From Naasia sp. (GTDB taxonomy: Bacteria; Actinomycetota; Actinomycetes; Actinomycetales; Microbacteriaceae): a stretch of DNA of 64,000 nt. The stretch lies in NCBI RefSeq assembly GCF_025465545.1, contig NZ_JAODMK010000010.1, positions 45,813 to 109,812 of the forward strand, written 5' to 3'. The notes beneath the pieces were generated by a model, which saw nothing but the letters and a program-made list of their open reading frames with translations, was not told the DNA's origin and did not search any database. This document shows, piece by piece, positions 25,227-35,574 of the stretch. The translations under genes and the position numbers were made by a program. Within the stretch, counting starts at the first letter, position 1. Each line of letters begins with the position of its first letter.

Positions 25227-26413
25227 CCGCCGACCGACGCCCCGAAGAGCAGGCCGAGCACGTAGGTCACCGCGGCCGCCCCGTAGCCGATCAGCAGCTG
25301 ACGCAGGGCCCGGGGAACGAGCGAGGCGCCCGAGAGCAGCCCGATCACGGTGCCCGTGCCGAGGAGTGCGACGCCGACCAGCGCGGCCGCGAGCAGGACG
25401 GCGGGCAGCCCGCTGAGCCCGATCAGCCACGGCAGCACCGGGATGACCGCCCCGACCGCGAAGAAGCAGAAGCTCGAGAGTGCCGCGTTGCGGCCCGTGC
25501 CCACCACATCGTGATCATCGACCCCCTGGTCGACCCCGCCGATCCGTTCATGCCCGCCGAGCACCGCGGCGGCCCGCACCAGCGCCTCGTCCTCCTCCAT
25601 GCCACGCGCTCGATAGACGAGGGCCAGCTCGTTCGCGTCCACGTCCAGGTCGGCGACCGCCCGGTTCGCCTCCGCGTTGGGGGCCGCGCCGGCGAGGAGC
25701 TCGCGCTGCGAGTGCACCGACACGTATTCGCCCGCCGCCATCGAGAGCGCCCCGGCCAGGAGCCCCGCGACGCCGGTGAAGAGGACGGTCTGCGGCGCGA
25801 CGCCCGTCGCGCCAACGCCCAGCACCAGCGCGAGGTTGCTGACGAGGCCGTCGTTGGCGCCGAACACCGCAGCGCGGAAGGTGCCGGAGATCCGCTGCCT
25901 GCCGCGTGCCGCGAGGCCGCGGACGACCTCCTCATGGATCCGCTCGTCGGCCGCCATCGTGTCGGTGGCGTCCGCGTCGCCCTCGTAGGGAGTGCGGGAC
26001 TCCGCGCGCTGCATGAGCGCGAGCGTGAAGACCGACCCGAAGCGGCGTGCCAGGAAGCCGAGCATCCGAGTGCGCAGGTCCACCCTCGGCTCGCTCTTCA
26101 GGCGGCTGCCCAGCCGCTCGCGCCAGTGCGCCTCGTGCCGCCCCTCCGCGTCGGCGAGGGCGAGCAGGATGGCGCGCTCCTCCCCCGTCCGGCGGGCGGC
26201 CAGATCCCGGTAGACGATGGCCTCCGCCTGCTCGTCAGCGAGGTACCTGCGCCAGCGGCGCACATCCGCCGGGCTGGGCTCGGGCTGGGGCGAGGGGCTC
26301 GTGGCAGGAGAGTCGATCACCCCTCCAGTCTCCCAGTCAACCGGGCGGGCCCGCCGCGGACCGTCGATTATGGTCGGCAGATGGGCGCGGTAGAACTCCT
26401 CCTTGTCCGGCAC
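25223..26413 (-). CDS. VIT1/CCC1 family iron/manganese transporter with N-terminal ferritin-like domain
   Basis: ERIHEEVVRGL (ferritin-like) and AAVFGANDGLVSNLALVLGV (VIT). The start is uncertain: ATG 26413 overlaps the divergent gene, and GTG 26320 is the alternative. Confidence 0.8.
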   Translation of the reverse strand: MPDKEEFYRAHLPTIIDGPRRARPVDWETGGVIDSPATSPSPQPEPSPADVRRWRRYLADEQAEAIVYRDLAARRTGEERAILLALADAEGRHEAHWRERLGSRLKSEPRVDLRTRMLGFLARRFGSVFTLALMQRAESRTPYEGDADATDTMAADERIHEEVVRGLAARGRQRISGTFRAAVFGANDGLVSNLALVLGVGATGVAPQTVLFTGVAGLLAGALSMAAGEYVSVHSQRELLAGAAPNAEANRAVADLDVDANELALVYRARGMEEDEALVRAAAVLGGHERIGGVDQGVDDHDVVGTGRNAALSSFCFFAVGAVIPVLPWLIGLSGLPAVLLAAALVGVALLGTGTVIGLLSGASLVPRALRQLLIGYGAAAVTYVLGLLFGASVGG

Positions 26414-27121
26414 GGCGAGAGCGAGGCGAACGTCGCTGCCACAGAGGCGGACCGCTCACGGTCGGATCGCGTGGCGGTTCCGGCCAGGGACGCCGACGTG
26501 GTCCTCTCCTCGCGAGGACGCGAGCAGGCCGAGGCGGTGGGCGCCTATCTGGCCGACCTCCGCCCTGACGAGCGCCCCGAATCGCTGTGGGTCTCGCCGT
26601 ACCGGCGTGCCGTGCAGACGGGCATGCTCGCGCTGGAGGCGGGGGGCATCCAGCTGGAGACACGCCGTGACGAGCGTCTGCGGGACCGGGAGCTGGGGAT
26701 CCTCGACGCTCTCACCGGCCGCGGAGTCCGGCGCCTGCACCCCACCGAGGCGGAACGCCGCAACTGGCTCGGCAAGTTCTACTACCGGCCGCCCGGCGGG
26801 GAGTCCTGGGTGGACGTCGCCCTGCGGGTGCGCTTCCTGCTCGCCGACCTCGACCGCGAGGAGGACGGCAAACGGGTGCTGATCGTCTGTCACGACGCCG
26901 TCATCCGGGTCTTCCGCTACGTGTGCGAGCGGCTCGACGAGGAGACTCTGATGACCATCGCCCGCACCGAGCCGGTGCCCAACGGATCGCTGACCCGGCT
27001 GGTGCGCCCGAGCGGCACCGGGATCTGGCGGGCCGAGGCGGTCAACGCCGTCGAGCACCTCCGGCGCGAGGACGCGCCGGTCACCGAGCACAGAGGGGAC
27101 ACCGATGCCCGAACGTCCTGA
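26381..27121 (+). CDS. histidine phosphatase family protein
   Basis: LLLVRHGESEAN RHG motif. Internal ATG of ORF 25511..27121. Confidence 0.8.
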   Translation: MGAVELLLVRHGESEANVAATEADRSRSDRVAVPARDADVVLSSRGREQAEAVGAYLADLRPDERPESLWVSPYRRAVQTGMLALEAGGIQLETRRDERLRDRELGILDALTGRGVRRLHPTEAERRNWLGKFYYRPPGGESWVDVALRVRFLLADLDREEDGKRVLIVCHDAVIRVFRYVCERLDEETLMTIARTEPVPNGSLTRLVRPSGTGIWRAEAVNAVEHLRREDAPVTEHRGDTDARTS

Positions 27122-27968
27122 GCCGATCACCCCCGCATCCCTCCGGCAGTGGCCGCTGCCCGAGGCGGGCAGCTCCAAGCATCAGCGCGGCGACGTGCTC
27201 ATCATCGGCGGTGCGCGACGCACACCCGGCGCGGCCGTGCTGGCCGGGCTCGGCGCCCTCCGGGTGGGCGCCGGCCGGATCACCCTCGGCATCGCCGAGA
27301 GCGTCGCGCCCGCCGTCGCCGCGGTCTTCCCGGAAGCCGGAGTGATGGGCCTGCCCGAGACGGCGTCCGGCGCGGTTCGCGGCGCCGGGGTGACCGCCTT
27401 GGCCCGCGACATCTCCGGGGCGTCCTGCGTGGTGGCCGGTCCCGGACTCGACGACCCGGACGAGGCGGCGATCCTGCTCCGTGAGCTCGTCGACCTGCTC
27501 GAGGACGAGACGCCGGTGCTGCTCGACGCCTACGCACTGGGCACACTCGCCGGCGAGACGCGCGTGCGTGAGCGACTGTCCGGACGCCTGCTCCTCACGC
27601 CCAACGTCACGGAGGCGGGCTTCCTGCTCGGACGCGACCCGGGCGAGCTCGAGGACGACGCCGCGGAGATCGCGGACCGCTACGGCGCGGTCGTCAGCCT
27701 CATGCAGATGGTCGCCGAGCCGGGCGGCCGGCGCTGGGAGGTGACGACCGGGCACTCCGGTCTCGCCACCTCCGGGTCCGGCGATGTGCTCGCGGGAGCG
27801 ATGGCCGGCCTGCGAGCGCGCGGCGCCGATTCAGCCCAGGCGGCATGCTGGGCGGGCTACCTGCACTCGGCGGCGGGCGATCGGCTGTCGGCGCGGATCG
27901 GTCCGCTCGGCTTCCTCGCGCGAGAGCTGCTCGACGAGCTGCCCCCGCTGCTGACCGAGCTCGGCTGA
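27105..27968 (+). CDS. nnrD: NAD(P)H-hydrate dehydratase (YjeF C-terminal type)
   Basis: HQRGDVLIIGG...PGAAVLAG and GSGDVLAGAMAGL motifs. Confidence 0.85.
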   Translation: MPERPEPITPASLRQWPLPEAGSSKHQRGDVLIIGGARRTPGAAVLAGLGALRVGAGRITLGIAESVAPAVAAVFPEAGVMGLPETASGAVRGAGVTALARDISGASCVVAGPGLDDPDEAAILLRELVDLLEDETPVLLDAYALGTLAGETRVRERLSGRLLLTPNVTEAGFLLGRDPGELEDDAAEIADRYGAVVSLMQMVAEPGGRRWEVTTGHSGLATSGSGDVLAGAMAGLRARGADSAQAACWAGYLHSAAGDRLSARIGPLGFLARELLDELPPLLTELG

Positions 27969-28033
27969 GCAGTCCGGTCCGGTCGCCTCGGCTCCGATAC
28001 GGCGCCTGTGCGGCTCCTCGGCCTGCGACAGGC

Positions 28034-28870
28034 TCAGCCGTCGGTGCGCAGCGGGGCGGTGAAGACCGAACGGGGATCCTGGAGGATCGCCGGCACCGTG
28101 AAGTCCGTTCGCGCCAGCGTGCCCGCGAATTCGGCAGCTCGCACCAGGGTGACCGTGCCGGCCTCCTCGACCCGCGTCTGCACGTCGCCGGTCACGGTGG
28201 CACGGTGCACGGTGCCCTCGTTGCCGACGAGCGCCCCCACCTCTGTGCCCGGCTCGAGCGCGTCGACGAAGGCGGCGACCTGCGCGCGCCAGTTGGGCGT
28301 GTCTCGGCCGAGCGGCGACCGCTCACCCACCGCGAGGAAGCCCTCCTCCTGCCACTCGGTCAGGTCCTCGCCGGTTCTCGGCCGGACGACCCAGAGCGGT
28401 TCGCCGCTCGGGGCGGGCGGCCTCTCCCCCTCGGGCGGCCACAGGTAGTCGAGGTCGTCGGGCACGTCGGGGAACATCGGCCGGTAGTACTCCGGCGCCT
28501 TCCGCACCAGGTTCGAGCGGTGGCTGCGGTGCAGCTCCTCGTCGCCGATCCAGGCCGGCAGCATGCGGCGCTCGGCGAGCTCCTCCTGGCTCTTCCCCAC
28601 CACGCCGGGCGCGAACTCTGCGATCAGGTGCCGCGTGCTGTCGGTGTGCCCGCGGCGGACCCACTCGTCCACCGTGGCGAGCCCGTAGGCGGTGAGGCCG
28701 GGGAGGAAGCCGCGCCACATCTTCGTCACCGGGTGGTTCTGCCAGCCATACGTGGGCAGCAGCAGGGAGCGCAGCACCTGCAGCGTCTCGACGCGCTGCT
28801 TGCCCAGCCGCGCCTGGTCGAGCGCAGCGGCACTCTCGGCGAAGGACTCGTAGGGCAGGAAGGTCTGCAT
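28034..28870 (-). CDS. pyrimidine-dimer-glycosylase-like (Pyr_excise/MSMEG_6728-like) domain fused to an unknown roughly 130-aa C-terminal domain
   Basis: Internal ATG 28870. MQTFLPYESFAESAAALDQARLGKQRVETLQVL...GWQNHPVTKMW matches the family pattern I remember. The C-terminal half (PLWVVRPRTGEDLTEWQEEGFLAVG...) is unassigned. Confidence 0.65.
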   Translation of the reverse strand: MQTFLPYESFAESAAALDQARLGKQRVETLQVLRSLLLPTYGWQNHPVTKMWRGFLPGLTAYGLATVDEWVRRGHTDSTRHLIAEFAPGVVGKSQEELAERRMLPAWIGDEELHRSHRSNLVRKAPEYYRPMFPDVPDDLDYLWPPEGERPPAPSGEPLWVVRPRTGEDLTEWQEEGFLAVGERSPLGRDTPNWRAQVAAFVDALEPGTEVGALVGNEGTVHRATVTGDVQTRVEEAGTVTLVRAAEFAGTLARTDFTVPAILQDPRSVFTAPLRTDG

Positions 28871-28913
28871 CAGCGCTCCGGCAGAACCCGGCGGATCGGC
28901 GCGACCGGCGGCA

Positions 28914-30647
28914 TCAGTGCGAGCCCATCCGCTTGCGCAGCAGCTCGATCCGCGACTGCAGCTGGGTGACGCTCGCCTGCGCCACCGCGGGTCCGCCGCA
29001 CATCCGGCGGAGCTCGGCATGGATCATCGCGTGGGTCTCCCCTGAGGTCTTCGCCCACATGCCGACGAGGCTGTTGAGCAGGCTCCGCTGCTCCTTCACG
29101 TTGCGGTAGAGCGGTGTCGGGTCCTCCGCGCGGACCTCCGCCGGGCGCGACTTGCGCCGCCGCTCCTGGCGGGACTGGCGGTGCTGGAGGAGCTCGCGCA
29201 CCTGATCCGGTTCGAGCAGGCCCGGGATGCCGAGGAAGTCCAGCTCCTCGGCGCTGCCCGACTCCGCCTCGAAGCCGAACTCGCCGCCCTCGTAGACGAC
29301 CCGATCGAACATCGCCGCCGAGCCGACCGCCTCGAAGGTGAACTCCTGCCCGAGCGCGTCGGACGCCTTCTCCTCACGGTTCGCGGCGTTCATCGCGTCC
29401 TCGTCGACGCCGTTCTCGTCCTCGTTCCGCGGCCGGTCGAGAGCGTGCTCCCGCTGCACGTCCATGGCGCCCGCGAGCGCCATCAGGGTGGGCACGTCGG
29501 GCAGGAACACCGAGGCCGTCTCGCCGCGCCGGCGGGCCCGGACGAAGCGCCCGATCGCCTGCGCGAAGAAGAGCGGCGTCGCGGACGAGGTCGCATAGAC
29601 CCCGACGGCGAGGCGCGGCACGTCGACGCCTTCCGACACCATCCGGACCGCGACCATCCAGCGCGTCGTGCTGCCCGCGAAGTCGGCGATCCGGTCACTC
29701 GACGCCTTCTCGTCGGAGAGCACGATGGTGACCGCCTCGCCGCAGATGTCCTCGAGGATCCGCGCGTAGGCCCGTGCGGCGAACTGGTCCGTCGCGATCA
29801 CCAGGCCACCCGCGTCGGGGACGCCCTGGCGCACCTCGGTGAGGCGGCGGTCCGCCGCGCGCAGCACGGAGGGGATCCAGTCGCCGGACGGGTCGAGCGC
29901 GGTGCGCCAGGCCTGGGACGTGATGTCCTTCGTGTTGCCCTCGCCGAGCTTGGCCTCCATCTCCTCGCCCGCGGTGGTGCGCCAGCGCATCGAGCCTGCG
30001 TAGACCATGAACATGACGGGACGGACGACGCCGTCCCTGAGCGCCCGCTCATAGCCGTAGTCGTAGTCGGTGCGGGAGACGCGGATGCCCTCCCGGTCCC
30101 GCACGTACTCGACGAACGGGATCGCGGCGGTGTCCGATCGGAACGGCGTGCCGGACAGGGAGAGGCGGCGGGCGGCCGGCGAGAACGCCTCGCGGATCGC
30201 GTCGCCCCAGCTGAGGGCGTCGCCGCCGTGGTGGACCTCGTCGAGGATGACGAGCGTCCTGCCCGCCTCGGTGAGCTGGCGGTGCAGGGCCGCATCGGCA
30301 ACCACCTGGGCGTAGGTCACGGCGATGCCGTGGTAGTGCCGGCCGAACCAGCGGTCCCTGTTGCGGAAGGTGGGATCGAGGTGGATGGCGACCTTCTCGG
30401 CCGCCTCCGCCCACTGCCGCTTGAGGTGCTCGGTGGGCGCGACCACGATCAGCCGGTCCACCACCCGGCGGGCCTGCAGCTCCTTGGCGAGGCGGAGCGC
30501 GAAGGTCGTCTTGCCTGCGCCCGGCGTCGCGGCGGCGAGGAAGTCCTTCGGCTCGCGCTCGAAGTAGGCGGTGAGCGCCTCCTCCTGCCAGGCGCGGAGC
30601 TTGCCGGCCGTGCCCCACGGCGAGCGTCCAGGGAAGGACGGCGACAT
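28914..30647 (-). CDS. SF2 helicase, DEVH box (type III restriction res-subunit-like)
   Basis: Internal ATG 30647. Motif I TPGAGKTT, motif II LDEVHH, SGTPFRSD, and motif VI-like AQAIGRFVR. Confidence 0.8.
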   Translation of the reverse strand: MSPSFPGRSPWGTAGKLRAWQEEALTAYFEREPKDFLAAATPGAGKTTFALRLAKELQARRVVDRLIVVAPTEHLKRQWAEAAEKVAIHLDPTFRNRDRWFGRHYHGIAVTYAQVVADAALHRQLTEAGRTLVILDEVHHGGDALSWGDAIREAFSPAARRLSLSGTPFRSDTAAIPFVEYVRDREGIRVSRTDYDYGYERALRDGVVRPVMFMVYAGSMRWRTTAGEEMEAKLGEGNTKDITSQAWRTALDPSGDWIPSVLRAADRRLTEVRQGVPDAGGLVIATDQFAARAYARILEDICGEAVTIVLSDEKASSDRIADFAGSTTRWMVAVRMVSEGVDVPRLAVGVYATSSATPLFFAQAIGRFVRARRRGETASVFLPDVPTLMALAGAMDVQREHALDRPRNEDENGVDEDAMNAANREEKASDALGQEFTFEAVGSAAMFDRVVYEGGEFGFEAESGSAEELDFLGIPGLLEPDQVRELLQHRQSRQERRRKSRPAEVRAEDPTPLYRNVKEQRSLLNSLVGMWAKTSGETHAMIHAELRRMCGGPAVAQASVTQLQSRIELLRKRMGSH

Positions 30648-30809
30648 GTGCTCCGCTGCACTCGTCCCCGGAGTCGGGGGAAACAAGTGCGATGTGCTCA
30701 CTCGATCAAATAGTACCGGGGCCTTCTGACGGCGGTCAGCGTGTCGCCGGGGAGGAGCACAATGGGATCGTTCCCGGCCAGAGGTGTCTGCCGGGTCAGG
30801 AGGTGGACG

Positions 30810-31607
30810 ATGACGGGCGAACACGCCTGGCGGCGGTACGTGGCCCTCGGGGACTCCTTCACCGAGGGGATCGGCGATCCGGAGCCCGGCAGGCCCGGCA
30901 GCCACCGCGGCTGGGCGGACCGCGTGGCGGAGGTGCTCGCCCAGTCGGTGGACGACTTCGCCTACGCCAACCTGGCGGTGCGCGGCAAACTGCTGCAGCA
31001 GGTCATCGATCAGCAGATCGAGCCCGCGCTCGCTCTGCTGCCCGACCTCATCACCCTCTCCGCCGGCGGCAACGACGTGATCCGGCCCGGCGCGGACCCG
31101 GACGCGCTGGCGGACAAGCTGGACGGCGCGGTCTCCCGCCTCGCCGCGACGGGAGCCACCATCGTGCTGTTCACCGGCACCGACGTGGGCTTCTCCCCCG
31201 TCTTCACCCGGATCCGCGGCCGCATCGCCATCTACAACGAGAACATCCGCAAGGTGGCCCAGCGTCACGGGACCCTGGTGGCCGACCAGTGGGCGCTCAC
31301 CGAGATCCAGGACGCACGCATGTGGGACCGGGATCGCCTGCATCTCGCACCGCTCGGTCATCACACCGTCGCCCGCATGGTCCTGCGCACGCTCGGGGTG
31401 GAGAACGACCTCCAGCCGATGCGGCCCGAGTCCTTCCCCTCCCGCACGTGGCGTCAGTCGCGCACCGACGACCTGGTGTGGGCGAGGAAGTACTTCGTGC
31501 CCTGGGCGATCCGCCGCATCCGCCGGGTCTCCTCCGGGGACTCCGTGCTGCCGAAGCGCCCCGAGGCGGGCCCGTACGCGAGGACGGACACCACGACCGC
31601 GCTCTAG
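30810..31607 (+). CDS. SGNH/GDSL hydrolase family protein
   Basis: YVALGDSFTEG (block I), SAGGNDV (block II). RBS AGGAGGTGG at 30799-30807. Confidence 0.85.
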   Translation: MTGEHAWRRYVALGDSFTEGIGDPEPGRPGSHRGWADRVAEVLAQSVDDFAYANLAVRGKLLQQVIDQQIEPALALLPDLITLSAGGNDVIRPGADPDALADKLDGAVSRLAATGATIVLFTGTDVGFSPVFTRIRGRIAIYNENIRKVAQRHGTLVADQWALTEIQDARMWDRDRLHLAPLGHHTVARMVLRTLGVENDLQPMRPESFPSRTWRQSRTDDLVWARKYFVPWAIRRIRRVSSGDSVLPKRPEAGPYARTDTTTAL

Positions 31608-31622
31608 CCGAGGTCGCGGGCG

Positions 31623-32882
31623 TCAGGCGGCGGGCACGGCGGAGCGCGCCCATGGCGGGTTGGTGACCCGCCACCACAGATCCGGGTCCGCGAGGCTCGC
31701 ATCGAGCTCGAGGGGCACCTCGTACTCGCGATCGCCCACCGTGAACGTCACGCTGCCGATGTCCTCACCCGCGGCACCCGACTCGAGCGGCCGGGCGGAG
31801 ACCTCGGCGGTGACCGGGGTGTCCGACCAGGTGAGGACCGACCGCGATTCGGCCGCCACCGCGGTCGCCTCACTCCCCCACTCGGTGCTGTACTCCGCGT
31901 AGGGATCACCCTTGTGCACCAGGGGGACCTCGTGGAATCCGGGCGTCACGCTCGCGAGCAGCGCGACCACGGCGTCATCCAGCACGTCGTGGTCGGCGGC
32001 CCCGAGGATCGCGCCCACCACGGTGACCGTCTCCCCGCCCACCGGGATGTCGGTGGAGAAGAGGAGGCACGCGCCGGCCTCGTCGGTGGTGCCGGTCTTG
32101 ATGCCGTCGACGCCGGAAGTGCCGAGCAGCTGGTTCGTGTTCTCGATCGTCCCGATGCCCGGCTCGACGGCGGCGGGCATCGCGACGATCGCAGCGACGG
32201 TCGGGTCGGCGAGCGCGAGTTCGCCCAGCGCGACGAGGTCCGCGGGGGTGCTCCTGTTGGACGGGGAGAGGCCGTTGGCGTCCTCCACAACAGTGTCGGT
32301 GAGCTGGTGGGAGTCGAGCCAGGCGCGGGCTGCCGTCAGGTAGGCGTCTCTCGAGCCATAGGCCCAGCGGGCGAGCGACTCCGCGTAGTTGTTGGCGGAG
32401 GGGATGAGCATCGTCTCCATCGTCTGCCGCTGGGTGAGCACCATGCCGGCGCTCACGGGCTGCAGCGAGCCGTTCTGGGCGAGCACGTCGTTGTAGATCT
32501 GCACGTCGGCGTCGGTGAACTCGATGTCGGGGCCGTCCTCGCCCGCGCCGAGCGGCTTGGCATCGAGCACGACGAGAGCCGTGACCACCTTGGTGATGCT
32601 GGCGATCGGGAACGGCCCCTGGTCCCCGCTCGAGGCGAGGACGCCGTCGAAGCCGATCGCGCCGATCGCGCCCCGCCCGAAGTCGGGGAAGTCCGGCTCG
32701 ACCGCCTCGGTCGCAGGGACATCGGGAGCTGCGATCACCGCGGGAGCGTCCGGCACGTCGGCTGCCGCCGCAGTCGGCACATAGACGCCCCCGGCGAGGA
32801 GAACGGCGAGCGTCCCGAAGACGAGGGCGCGGCGACGGCGGTAGATCCGCTTCCGGCTGGTGACGCGGACCGGATTCGACAC
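31623..32882 (-). CDS. D-alanyl-D-alanine carboxypeptidase (peptidase S11)
   Basis: SITK, SAN and KTGT motifs, plus an N-terminal signal/anchor. Confidence 0.85.
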   Translation of the reverse strand: MSNPVRVTSRKRIYRRRRALVFGTLAVLLAGGVYVPTAAAADVPDAPAVIAAPDVPATEAVEPDFPDFGRGAIGAIGFDGVLASSGDQGPFPIASITKVVTALVVLDAKPLGAGEDGPDIEFTDADVQIYNDVLAQNGSLQPVSAGMVLTQRQTMETMLIPSANNYAESLARWAYGSRDAYLTAARAWLDSHQLTDTVVEDANGLSPSNRSTPADLVALGELALADPTVAAIVAMPAAVEPGIGTIENTNQLLGTSGVDGIKTGTTDEAGACLLFSTDIPVGGETVTVVGAILGAADHDVLDDAVVALLASVTPGFHEVPLVHKGDPYAEYSTEWGSEATAVAAESRSVLTWSDTPVTAEVSARPLESGAAGEDIGSVTFTVGDREYEVPLELDASLADPDLWWRVTNPPWARSAVPAA

Positions 32883-32992
32883 GGGAAAAGGATAAGCGGA
32901 GCATCCGGCGAGCCGGCCGCGACCCTCGGACGGCCGGGATCCGAGGGATCGTCGGCTCCGCCTCCCGAAAGGGGGGTGCCCACTCCCGTATC

Positions 32993-35554
32993 GTGACCCG
33001 CGGAAAGGGACCCATGTCGTTCGCCCGCTTCACGAGCAGATTCGCCGGCTTCCTCGGCTTCGTCGGCGTCAGCGCCGCCGTCGGCGTGCTCGCGACGGTC
33101 GCCATCACGCCTGCCCTCGCCGTGACGAGCATCGCCGCGAACGAGACCATCGGCATCTTCGAGGACCTGCCCTCCTACCTCGAGATCGGCGCCCTGTCCC
33201 AGCGCACCAACATCTACGCCACCAAGGCGAACGGCAAGCGCAAGCTCCTCGCGAGCTTCTACGACCAGAACCGGGTCGAGGTGCCGTGGGAGAAGGTCTC
33301 CGGCTATGCCAAGGACGCCGCGGTCGCCGGTGAGGACCCGCGCTTCTACGAGCACGGCGGCATCGACCTGCCAGGAACCCTGCGCGCGGTCCTCTCCAAC
33401 CTGATGAAGAAGGACGTGCAGGGCGGCTCGTCCATCACCCAGCAGTACGTGAAGAACGTCATCATCCAGAACACGATCAAGGACCTCAAGACGCAGGAAG
33501 AGGTGAGCGCCGCCTTCAGGGAGGCGACCGCGCCGTCCCAGGCCCGCAAGCTGCGCGAGATGCGCCTCGCGATCGGCCTGGAGAAGAAGTACTCCAAGGA
33601 GCAGATCCTGCTCGGCTACCTCAACATCGCCCACTTCGGTGGGCGCGTCTACGGAGTGGAGGCCGCCGCCAACTACTTCTTCTCGACGAGCGCGGCAAAG
33701 CTGACGCTGCCCCAGTCCGCGAGCCTGATGGCCATCGTCAACAACCCGGAGAAGTTCCGCCTTGACTACCCGGACAGCGAGAGCAACGGCTCCGCGAACG
33801 GCTATGCCACCAACAAGGATCGCCGCGACTACATCCTCGACAACATGCTCGAGGAGCGGATGATCACCCTCGGCGAGCACGACGAAGCGGTCGCGGCGCC
33901 GATCGAGCCGAAGATCACCGAGCCGAGCACGGGCTGCCAGACGGCGAAGGGCGCCGCCTACTTCTGCGATTACGTCACCAACCTCTTCAAGAACGACGAC
34001 TTCTTCGGCGACTCGAAGACTCGCTGGCAGAACTTCGTGCGGGCGGGCTACGACGTCTACACCACGCTCGACCCCGACCTGCAGAAGGCGGCCGAATCCG
34101 CCGTCCACGACAACGTGCCGGCCCACATGGCCGGCCTGCACATCGGCGGCGTCGCCGTGACAGTGCAGCCTGGCACCGGCAAGATCCTGGCGATGACGCA
34201 GAACACCAAGTACTCCGAAGACCCGGCGGTCCTCAAGAAGCCCCAATACAGCGCCGTGAACTACAACACCGACATCGACTACGGCGGCTCCAGCGGCTTC
34301 CAGCCGGGGTCGACCTTCAAGCTCTTCACCCTGGTGCAGTGGCTGAAGGAGGGCCACGGACTGAACGAGGGCGTCGACGCTCGCGTCCGCCCCAGCTGGG
34401 GAACCTTCCGCGACTCGTGCGCGGACGGCGGCACAGTCAACGCAGGGGGCTACTCCCCCCACAACGACAACAACGAGCCGGGCGGCCACTGGACCGCCCT
34501 GTACAACACGATGCAATCGATGAACACGGGCTTCATGGCCATGGCGAAGCAGCTGGACCTCTGCGGCATCCGCAAGACGGCGGAGGCGATGGGCGCTCAT
34601 CGCGCCAATGGCGACCCCATGCAGCAGGGACCTGCATTCGTGCTCGGCACCAACGAGATCGCTCCTCTCTCGATGGCCACCGCCTTCGCCACCGTCGCGG
34701 CCGGCGGGATGAGCTGCCAGCCCATCGCGATCGTGAAGATCGTGAAGCGGGGCGGCTCGGAGATCCCGGTTCCGCCGAAGTCCTGCAAGCGGGTGATCAG
34801 CGCCGACGTCGCCGCAACCGCCGCATACGCCCTGAACAGGGCGCTCGAGGGCGGGACGGGGCGCTCCTCCTACTACGCCCTCACCACCTTCGCTCCGATG
34901 TTCAGCAAGACCGGGACGACCGACGACGCCCACGCGACCTGGATCACGGGCGGGAGCTCGAAGGCGGTGACCGTCGCGGGGGCGTTCAACACCCAGAACA
35001 AGGGGGCGGTGAGCCTTCGTGAGATGAATTTCCCCAGTGGCTATGCAGCCGACGCTCGCCACCGCATCTGGCCGCGGATCATGAGCGTCGCCAACGCCAA
35101 GTACGGCGGCGACCCGTTCCCCGAGCCGCCCGCCAACCTCCTGCGTGGCCGCACCGCCGAGGTGCCGAACGTGAAGGGGCTCACCCTCGACTCGGCCAGG
35201 GCCAAGCTGGAGGACGCGGGCTTCGGCTTCGAGGACGGCGGCAAGCGGGACTCCGACCTGCCCGTCGGCATCGTGATCGGCACGAACCCCTCGGGCACCA
35301 CGAGCCGGGGCGCGATCGTCTCGGTGTACACGAGCAACGGCAAGCTGATGACGGTTCCCGACGCGGTGACGGCGAGCAGCTCCTTCGGCGAGTCCCGAGC
35401 ACGGCTCGGTGCCGCCGGATTCGGCGACGTGCGCGAGGCCTGTGTGGTGGACGCCGCCGGGACAGGCAAGCCGACGGCGCAGCATCCTGCCCCCGGTTCG
35501 GGCGCGAAGGCCACCACCGCGATCACCGTCACGATCAGCAAGCCGTCCTGCTGA
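32993..35554 (+). CDS. class A penicillin-binding protein (transglycosylase + transpeptidase + PASTA)
   Basis: GT51 motif EDPRFYEHGGID and RKLREM; transpeptidase SGFQPGSTFK and KTGTT; C-terminal PASTA-like VPNVKGLTLDSARAKLEDAGF. Confidence 0.9.
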   Translation: MTRGKGPMSFARFTSRFAGFLGFVGVSAAVGVLATVAITPALAVTSIAANETIGIFEDLPSYLEIGALSQRTNIYATKANGKRKLLASFYDQNRVEVPWEKVSGYAKDAAVAGEDPRFYEHGGIDLPGTLRAVLSNLMKKDVQGGSSITQQYVKNVIIQNTIKDLKTQEEVSAAFREATAPSQARKLREMRLAIGLEKKYSKEQILLGYLNIAHFGGRVYGVEAAANYFFSTSAAKLTLPQSASLMAIVNNPEKFRLDYPDSESNGSANGYATNKDRRDYILDNMLEERMITLGEHDEAVAAPIEPKITEPSTGCQTAKGAAYFCDYVTNLFKNDDFFGDSKTRWQNFVRAGYDVYTTLDPDLQKAAESAVHDNVPAHMAGLHIGGVAVTVQPGTGKILAMTQNTKYSEDPAVLKKPQYSAVNYNTDIDYGGSSGFQPGSTFKLFTLVQWLKEGHGLNEGVDARVRPSWGTFRDSCADGGTVNAGGYSPHNDNNEPGGHWTALYNTMQSMNTGFMAMAKQLDLCGIRKTAEAMGAHRANGDPMQQGPAFVLGTNEIAPLSMATAFATVAAGGMSCQPIAIVKIVKRGGSEIPVPPKSCKRVISADVAATAAYALNRALEGGTGRSSYYALTTFAPMFSKTGTTDDAHATWITGGSSKAVTVAGAFNTQNKGAVSLREMNFPSGYAADARHRIWPRIMSVANAKYGGDPFPEPPANLLRGRTAEVPNVKGLTLDSARAKLEDAGFGFEDGGKRDSDLPVGIVIGTNPSGTTSRGAIVSVYTSNGKLMTVPDAVTASSSFGESRARLGAAGFGDVREACVVDAAGTGKPTAQHPAPGSGAKATTAITVTISKPSC

Positions 35555-35574
35555 CGTGGGCGCTGCGGCGCCGC

